Assembly (NCBI GenBank): GCA_025350905.1
Contig: JANXWY010000254.1
Coordinates: 365 to 64,364, forward strand
Direction of reading: 5' to 3'
Source: Verrucomicrobiota bacterium
GTDB taxonomy: Bacteria; Verrucomicrobiota; Verrucomicrobiia; Limisphaerales; JADLHS01
Length of the DNA: 64,000 bases
Below are positions 10,917 to 17,441 of the stretch, one piece after another. The notes beneath the pieces were generated by a model that was not told the DNA's origin, ran no database searches, and saw only the letters and a list, made by a program, of their open reading frames with translations. Within the stretch, counting starts at the first letter, position 1; each line of letters begins with the position of its first letter. A program made the translations under genes and the position numbers.

Positions 10917-11567
10917 TCAGTTCATTGCCCGTTCGGGAATCATTAGACCGGAAGCAGATGCCTTGGATAGCAAGGCATCCAGATTTTCCAGACAGAAGCG
11001 CGACCAGGATTCGTAAGCGCCAGCATCTTTCATAGCTTCATCCACCGGAACGAATTCGGGAGCTACGATCCCACTGCGCCGTCCGACGATGGCCTCGTCT
11101 GTGACAAGCATGACATGCACGACTCCAAAATGAACATAGCCAACGTCTGTGCTGTCATCGTTGATCACCGCAACAGCCGCGTCGTTCGTTTCGTTAATGT
11201 CAACCTCCTCCATCAATTCGCGGCGCATGCCGTCGTGGTATCCGTGCTGGTTAGAAAACAATCCATGATCTTCCTCTGAAATGTGCCCGCCCACTCCTAC
11301 GGAAAACAACCCGTGCAACCTAGTTTCCTGCCCGCCTTTGCCCCGGCGATACCGCAGTAATTTCCCGTTACACAAGATAAGAACGTAGGGAATGAGTTGT
11401 TTGTAGCGCTTGTCGTGTTCGGCCTCGCTTCGGTTGAGATACAGAATATTTGAACTGGCGGTGACGACCGGCAGATATTTATCAACGTCAAGATTCAGTC
11501 CTTGAAACACCCCCGGTTCTTCGAGAAGTTTCCGTTCAAAACAAAGCACTCGTTCTTCAGCAGCCAT
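10917..11567 (-). CDS. Nudix-fold protein, COG4112/YmaB-like (216 aa)
   Basis: YKQLIPYVLI...RLHGLFSVGVGGHISEED...MRRELMEEVDI...INDDSTDVGYVHFGVVHV resembles the YmaB-type predicted MutT-family phosphoesterase. The REUxEE core (RELMEE) is present, but spacing from the upstream G...E is longer than the canonical Nudix box. Confidence 0.6.
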   Translation of the reverse strand: MAAEERVLCFERKLLEEPGVFQGLNLDVDKYLPVVTASSNILYLNRSEAEHDKRYKQLIPYVLILCNGKLLRYRRGKGGQETRLHGLFSVGVGGHISEEDHGLFSNQHGYHDGMRRELMEEVDINETNDAAVAVINDDSTDVGYVHFGVVHVMLVTDEAIVGRRSGIVAPEFVPVDEAMKDAGAYESWSRFCLENLDALLSKASASGLMIPERAMN

Positions 11568-11681
11568 TTGTCGTTTTTCTGTTTATTTGTCCAATGTTGG
11601 AATCCGCCTCCAATCATTGCGAGCAAAAATTATTTTTGTTGTTTGTGCCCTATTCAGAGGTTGTTCACATTCGCGGCAACC

Positions 11682-11865
11682 GTTACTCAATACAGCCACT
11701 TCCCAATCTTCCCGTCAGGACTCAATACTACGCCCTGACGGCGGAAAGCCCAGCACATGTAACTGATGCTTACGAAATACGATGCGGGCAGGCGGTTCGC
11801 CGCGCAAATCTTCACGCCCAGCAACGTCGTCTTGCCGCCGAATCCCATCGGGCCGATGCCAAGTT
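11682..11865. repeat. direct repeat copy 2 (184 bp), forms the functional 3' end of the fumarase alpha gene
   Basis: See copy 1. The 36-nt identical block is at 11825-11860. Confidence 0.9.
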
Positions 11866-12565
11866 CGTTTGCCGTCTTCAGGATGTCCTGCTCCAACTCA
11901 TCGAGTTCGGGAATCGGATTGCGGTCGGGAATCGGTCGCAGAAATTGGGTCTTGCTCAGCTCGTAGCCTGTAGCGCGGTCGCCGCCGATGCACACGCCGA
12001 GGATGCCGGGCCCGCAGCCTTTACCCTGCGCCTGCAAGACCGCGTCCAGGATCGCCTTGCGGCAGCCGTCGAGGTCGCGATTGGCATTGAGCTTTTCGTT
12101 CGGCAGCGAGTATTGCGCGCCGACGTTCTCGCAGCCGCCACCCTTGAGCGCGAGCCGCACGGAAATTTCCGGCGAGCGATGCTGATGAAAATGAAACGCC
12201 GGCGCGCCCGGCCCGACATTCGTGCCGTCGTTCTTCCCCGTGAGCGAATCCACGGAGTTCTGGCGCAGGAAGCCTTTCTTGGTCGCGAGCGTCACCGCCG
12301 CGCGCGCGGTGTCGGCGAAAGTGATCTGGTCGAAGCCGACCGGGCAATCCACATAAAATAAAATGCTCCCCGTGTCCTGGCAGATGGGTTGCGACTTGTT
12401 TTTTGCGAGCGCGATGTTCTGATCAATGATCTTCATCGCGTTCTCGGCAATCGTCCCTTTCTTTTCCTGTTCGAGAGAGTTTAAAATCGCCTGGTGGACG
12501 TCTTCAGGGATTTCCGTGGAAGTGCGGCGAATCAATTCCAGCAGAGAGACGGGTAGTTCAGTCAT
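11687..12565 (-). CDS. Fe-S hydro-lyase alpha subunit (class I fumarate hydratase / L-tartrate dehydratase alpha)
   Basis: 292 aa with QDTGSILFYVDCP, GGGCENVGAQYSLP and IGPMGFGGKTT motifs of the two-subunit class I fumarase/TtdA family. No beta-subunit gene is adjacent. Confidence 0.85.
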   Translation of the reverse strand: MTELPVSLLELIRRTSTEIPEDVHQAILNSLEQEKKGTIAENAMKIIDQNIALAKNKSQPICQDTGSILFYVDCPVGFDQITFADTARAAVTLATKKGFLRQNSVDSLTGKNDGTNVGPGAPAFHFHQHRSPEISVRLALKGGGCENVGAQYSLPNEKLNANRDLDGCRKAILDAVLQAQGKGCGPGILGVCIGGDRATGYELSKTQFLRPIPDRNPIPELDELEQDILKTANELGIGPMGFGGKTTLLGVKICAANRLPASYFVSISYMCWAFRRQGVVLSPDGKIGKWLY

Positions 12566-12608
12566 AAAGCGGGGCCAGCCTACGGTTTTAGCGGGGCAGC
12601 GTCAACGA

Positions 12609-12804
12609 ACTGCGCGGCGAGGGGTGCGACTGGAAGTGGCGGTCCGTGTGGTAGAACGGCTCGCGCTGCGAGCCGTCGTGCCGCGCCCAGCGGCACGTCC
12701 GAGTCACCGCACGTTCCGCCCGCTCGGCGCGGGCGGAGTGTTCGCAGCGCGAACACTCCTACCACCCGGGTTGACCGCCACTTCTGGTCGCACTGCGCGG
12801 CGAG
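12609..12804. mobile_element. MITE-like nested-palindrome element with flanking direct repeats
   Basis: Terminal inverted repeats at 12624-12654 and 12759-12793 pair as 7+12+7 bp. They enclose four perfect hairpins: 12656-12676 (9 bp), 12677-12697 (8 bp), 12716-12736 (8 bp) and 12735-12759 (up to 11 bp). The element is flanked by the direct repeat actgcgcggcgag at 12609-12621 and 12792-12804. Confidence 0.5.
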
Positions 12805-13141
12805 AACCGGTGCGGATTGGCTGCGCAAACAGGCGCTGCCGTTTCGTGACCCAAAGGTGTACGGCAGGAATAGTCGGGCCGGGTGGACTGCCATGCAATC
12901 GAGATTTACGCTCGGAACTTTTCTCCCCGGCCCATTTGGCTCGCTTGTCACCCCGGCCATTGGGATGTCCGCTGAATCAAACGATCGGTCGACAAAATAG
13001 CGATTGGGGAGTTAGCGAAGCAGCGTGGGGTGGTCTAGGAATCCGGCTTGACGCGGGCGGGGTCAATCGACGGCACCAGTCCGAACTGGTTTTCCGCAGT
13101 CTCTTGGCCAAACCCGTTTCAATCGAAACCTGGGCTGCCAC

Positions 13142-13978
13142 TTAGTCCCGTGTCAAAAGTTCGCGATAGGCGCAGGTCAATTTTTCGACCAGCGGCGATT
13201 GCTTCAATGGCGCTCCATCAAGTTCCACCGCTGGCATCACGCCAAAGGTACTCAAGGTCACGAACACCCCTTCGACCTGGACCAATTCCGCCGGCGTCAC
13301 TAGGGATTCCTGGACGGGCACCGCCAGTTCGCGGCAAAGTTCTAGCACCACGGCGCGCGTGACCCCTGCCAGCACCCCGCTGGTCATGGGCGGCGTGCAA
13401 ACCGTACCCGCTTGAATCCAAAACAGATTGCTGCCCGCGCCTTCGACCACGAAACCATCCGTGTTCAACAGCAACGCCTCGTCGGCGCCGACCGCGTCGG
13501 CTTCCGCGCGGGCCAGGATTTGAGTCAGCTTGTTGGCCGTCTTGTATTGCGCGAGCGACTCGCCGGCGGGCAGTCGCCGGGAGCTGGTCTGCAACCGCCA
13601 GCCGCGCGGGAGCAACTCTGGGGACGGAAACGGGTGCAACGACATCACGAGTGTCGGATGATCGGCGCCCTTCGGCGAATAGCCCCGCACGCCCACGCCC
13701 CGCGACAAGGTCAATCGCAACAGCGCCTCCGGCAGCTGATTCAGGGTGATGAGTTCGGCGACGAATTTTCCCAGCGCCTCATCCGCAAAAGGCAGACGGA
13801 GCCCGAGAAATTCCGCCCCGCCGTGGAGTCGTTCCAGGTGTTGTGGCCAGCGGAACGGTTTGCCCCGGCAGATGAGCACGGTTTCAAACAGACCGTCGCC
13901 ATAGAGAAAGCTGCGGTCGAACACGGATACCACCGCGCGATCTTCGGGCACGAACTGGCCGTTGAGAAAAACGAGCAT
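13142..13978 (-). CDS. class IV (fold type IV) aminotransferase, aminodeoxychorismate lyase-like
   Basis: 278 aa with SFLYGDGLFETV and VVEGAGSNLFWI, typical of the PabC/IlvE/Dat fold. I favour PabC-like because of its short length and because pabB is nearby, but this is not proven. Confidence 0.75.
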   Translation of the reverse strand: MLVFLNGQFVPEDRAVVSVFDRSFLYGDGLFETVLICRGKPFRWPQHLERLHGGAEFLGLRLPFADEALGKFVAELITLNQLPEALLRLTLSRGVGVRGYSPKGADHPTLVMSLHPFPSPELLPRGWRLQTSSRRLPAGESLAQYKTANKLTQILARAEADAVGADEALLLNTDGFVVEGAGSNLFWIQAGTVCTPPMTSGVLAGVTRAVVLELCRELAVPVQESLVTPAELVQVEGVFVTLSTFGVMPAVELDGAPLKQSPLVEKLTCAYRELLTRD

Positions 13979-14092
13979 GCGGATGGGTTAGGCGAAGGCG
14001 AGCGGCTCGGCGAGCAGAAAATGGTCCTGGCCTTTTTGGCTTGGATGAAAAGCGGAGTTGTCTCCGGCGCCAGAATGGCGCATCAATAGCCC

Positions 14093-17000
14093 ATGCGTTT
14101 CTGGGTCGTGGTCTTCTTGTTGGCGTTGGCTGGCGGCCTATCGCCAGCGGCGACCAATGAGCCCGCTTTGGTTCACATGCTCGTGCCGGGGTTCACAGTG
14201 CGCGAACTGCCCGTCCATCTTCCCAACCTCAACAATCTCCGCTTCGCGCCCGACGGCCGGCTCTTTGCCCTCGGCTACGACGGCCGGATTCACGTGTTGC
14301 GGGACACGAACGGCGACGGACTGGAGGACACCGATGAAATTTTCTGGGAGCAACCGACCCTCACGGTGCCCGTCGGCATGGCGCTCGCGCCGGAGGGGGT
14401 TTACGTGTCATCGCATGGCAAGATTTCACTGCTGCGTGACACCGATGGCGATGGGAAGGCGGACCAGGAAGTAATCATCGTCAGTGGCTGGCCGCCTACG
14501 GATGTTGCCAGCGGTGGCGTGGACGCCACGGCCGTCACGCTCGACCCGGAGGGGAACCTTTATTTCGGTCTGCTCGTCGCGGACTACTCAAACGCCTATC
14601 GTCTCCGCAAACGAAAGGATTTGAAGCCGGAAGAGAAGGCTTGGTTGGTGGCGCACCATCAGCCCGGGGAAGGCGATCCCGAAGCGGAAGTCTCGCTTTA
14701 CGACCTCAATTCAGTGCGCGGCACCATCCAGAAGTGGTCGCCCAAAACCATAAAGCTTGAAACCATCGCCACCGGCATCCGCGTACCGTACGCGCTCGCC
14801 TTCAATCGCAGCGGCGATTTGTTTGTCACCGATCAGGAAGGCGAGACGTGGTGTCCCAATGGCAATCCGCTCGATGAATTGAATCACATTATTCCCGGGC
14901 ACAACTATGGTTTTCCCCCGCGGCAGGAAACGTGGCTGCCCAATTTGGTGAGCGATCCACCGGTGGTTGCCTTTGGGCCGCAGCATCAATCAACCTGCGG
15001 CCTGGTTTTCAACGAACCCAAGAAAGGTCAGGGTTTGTTCGGTCCCCAATGGTGGGACGGCGACGCGTTTGTGGCCGGTGAATCGCGGGGCAAAATCTGG
15101 CGCGTCAAGCTGGTCAAGACCCCTTACGGCTACGTCGGGAAAGAATACCTCATCGCCCGCCTGTCTATGCTGACCACCGATGTTGCGATTTCTCCGAAAG
15201 GTGATCTCTACGTATGCTGCCACAGCGGTCTGCCGGATTGGGGCACGGGACCAAAAGGCGAAGGGAAGATTTTCAAAATTACCTACACCGATCCTCAAGC
15301 ACCGCAGCCCGTCATCGGCTGGGCGGCGGGGTTGAATGAAGTCCGCGTTGCGTTTGACAAACCCCTCGACGCGGCGGTGATAAATGCCGTGGTGAGCCAG
15401 GAGATTGAATTCGGTGAATTCGTCCGCGCGGCCGACCGCTACGAAGTGCTCAAGCCACCGTATGCGGCCGTGAAGCAACAGGAAGCCACTCCGCGCGGCC
15501 GGCTGAAGATTATCAGTGCGAAACTGGAGGATGACGGCCAAACCCTCGTGCTCGCGACCGAGCCGCATCCGCAAGCGGTGAACTACGCGCTGACGATTCC
15601 GGAGATGAAAGCCAGAGGCAGGAACGATCGCGGGGCGACCGTGGAGGTGGATTACGGATTCGAAGGGGCGACCGTGATGGCGACTCGCGACACGCCGGCG
15701 AAGAAACTGCCAGCACTACTCAAAGGCTGGGGACGCGGCATCGGGCTCAAACTGGATGATGTGGAAATTGTCATCAACCGCTGTCAACCCTCCCCCGACA
15801 CCACAATTGCCAGAGCCTTTTTTGGCGGTGCGTCGGCTCGCATCCAAGCGATCAACCAAGACGACCAACGCCCGGTCAGCCAATATGTGGTCAAAGGGCT
15901 GCTGAACCTGCCGAGCAACGCGGCCCAATTAACGGCCCTGGCTGGCGCCCCGTTCAAGCTAACTTTGCGGGAAGATTTTGGAGCGAAACCGAATGTAGCG
16001 ACGGTCCCGGCCGGAAAGCGTGCCGATGGGCTGTACGAAGCCGTGATTTCGCTCGCCACCTTCCCGCAATTCAGCCGCTTGCAAGTGAAGTTTACCGACC
16101 AACAGGCAACGGTCGCTCTCGGATATTCGCTGACCGGTGAGGCCACGGTGCATCCCCTCACCCCACAACACTTGCTGAACGCTTGGGCGCCGGCGAGTCG
16201 TGACACCACTGCCACCACCAACCTGCCAGCAGCATTTGTCCCTGGTGACTACGAAGGTGGGCGGGAATTATTTTTTGGCGACCAATTGAAGTGCGCCACC
16301 TGTCATCGCCTTCGCGGCGAAGGTGGGGCGGTTGGGCCGGACTTGAGCAACCTGGTTTCGCGTGATGCAGCCAGCGTGTTGCGCGACATCAAGGAACCCA
16401 GCGCTTCCATCAATCCGGACTACGTCGCCTACAATGTCGTGTTGCACAACGGGAGCGAGACGACCGGTTTCATCCGCACTCAGGACGCCGACGCGCTGCA
16501 CTTCGTGGCGGCTGACGGAAAAGAAACGGCGGTCCGGGTGACGGACGTAAAAGAACTGCGCCCCAGCTCACTGTCGCTCATGCCCGCCGGGCTGTTGGAC
16601 ACTTTGAATGACGGACAAATCCGCGATCTGCTGACGTTTCTGCTCCACGAACCGCCGAAGCACACCCATGCCGAGGTCAAAAAGATTTTGGCCACCGAAC
16701 CCGGAGCCAAGGCCTCCGCCTTCGACATCGTACTGGTGGCGGGGAAACAAGACCATGGACCGGGGCAGCATGATTATCCCGCGTGGCAGCAGCAATGGCA
16801 CGCGTTGCTGGCACCCAAGGCCAAGGTTGGTGACGCGTGGGACTGGCCGTCATCGGAACAATTCCAACAGGCCGGAGTGGTGGTTTTTTATTTTTGGAAT
16901 CATGACTGGAGTCCGGGGCGACTCGGCCAGTTGGACGCCTTTCTGGCCCGGGGTGGCGGCGTGGTTTTGTTGCACTCGGCGACCATTGGCAACGACCAGG

Positions 17001-17407
17001 CAGACTTGCTCGCCGAGCGGACCGGACTCGCCGCCTACGCCTCGCCGCGCACGAAGTACCGGCACATGCCCCTCGAACTGAATCTCGTCGCGCCGACCGG
17101 CAACGCCATCACCCGCGGGTTGCCCGCCACGCTCCGCTTGCTCGATGAGCCTTACTGGCCATTAACGGGAGATCCAAAAAAAGTTGAAGTGCTGGCGACC
17201 GCAAACGTTGACGGCGAAGCGCGCCCGCTGATGTGGACTTTTCAAAAAGGCAAAGGTCGCGTCTTTGCAAGTGTTCTGGGGCATTACACCTGGACGATGG
17301 ACGATCCGCTCTTCCGCTTGCTGGTGTTACGTGGAATTGCATGGGCGGCCGGAGCCGACCCGGCGGCGCTGGAAGCTCTGGCGATTTCGGGAGCCGACTC
17401 GAAATGA
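14093..17407 (+). CDS. multidomain secreted protein: sugar-dehydrogenase-like beta-propeller, cytochrome c domain and ThuA-like domain
   Basis: Signal peptide. An N-terminal propeller has repeated DTNGDG/DTDGDG segments. CATCHRLRGEGGAVGPDLSNL carries a CxxCH heme site. The C-terminus (IVLVAGKQDHGPGQHDY...GGGVVLLHSA...VLGHYTW) is ThuA-like. Confidence 0.8.
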   Translation: MRFWVVVFLLALAGGLSPAATNEPALVHMLVPGFTVRELPVHLPNLNNLRFAPDGRLFALGYDGRIHVLRDTNGDGLEDTDEIFWEQPTLTVPVGMALAPEGVYVSSHGKISLLRDTDGDGKADQEVIIVSGWPPTDVASGGVDATAVTLDPEGNLYFGLLVADYSNAYRLRKRKDLKPEEKAWLVAHHQPGEGDPEAEVSLYDLNSVRGTIQKWSPKTIKLETIATGIRVPYALAFNRSGDLFVTDQEGETWCPNGNPLDELNHIIPGHNYGFPPRQETWLPNLVSDPPVVAFGPQHQSTCGLVFNEPKKGQGLFGPQWWDGDAFVAGESRGKIWRVKLVKTPYGYVGKEYLIARLSMLTTDVAISPKGDLYVCCHSGLPDWGTGPKGEGKIFKITYTDPQAPQPVIGWAAGLNEVRVAFDKPLDAAVINAVVSQEIEFGEFVRAADRYEVLKPPYAAVKQQEATPRGRLKIISAKLEDDGQTLVLATEPHPQAVNYALTIPEMKARGRNDRGATVEVDYGFEGATVMATRDTPAKKLPALLKGWGRGIGLKLDDVEIVINRCQPSPDTTIARAFFGGASARIQAINQDDQRPVSQYVVKGLLNLPSNAAQLTALAGAPFKLTLREDFGAKPNVATVPAGKRADGLYEAVISLATFPQFSRLQVKFTDQQATVALGYSLTGEATVHPLTPQHLLNAWAPASRDTTATTNLPAAFVPGDYEGGRELFFGDQLKCATCHRLRGEGGAVGPDLSNLVSRDAASVLRDIKEPSASINPDYVAYNVVLHNGSETTGFIRTQDADALHFVAADGKETAVRVTDVKELRPSSLSLMPAGLLDTLNDGQIRDLLTFLLHEPPKHTHAEVKKILATEPGAKASAFDIVLVAGKQDHGPGQHDYPAWQQQWHALLAPKAKVGDAWDWPSSEQFQQAGVVVFYFWNHDWSPGRLGQLDAFLARGGGVVLLHSATIGNDQADLLAERTGLAAYASPRTKYRHMPLELNLVAPTGNAITRGLPATLRLLDEPYWPLTGDPKKVEVLATANVDGEARPLMWTFQKGKGRVFASVLGHYTWTMDDPLFRLLVLRGIAWAAGADPAALEALAISGADSK

Positions 17408-17441
17408 TCGTCCGCCCGGCGCCGGCCGGATGGCGCGGGAC

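Noticed and set aside
12566-13141. Tested the spacer by eye for RNase P RNA, tmRNA, SRP RNA and a cobalamin riboswitch
   Set aside because: No GAGGAAAGUCCGGGC/ACAGAACCCGGCUUA pair (RNase P). No GGGG...UUCGA...CCACCA tRNA-like ends with a foldable T-arm (tmRNA). No SRP GGAA/AGCA motif and no B12 box. Only superficial resemblances were seen.
12426-13145. 239-aa plus-strand ORF, and the 126-aa minus-strand ORF at 12580-12960, covering the long spacer
   Set aside because: Both have the extreme Arg/Pro/Gly/Ala composition typical of wrong-frame translation of GC-rich DNA. They run through palindromes and show no motif.
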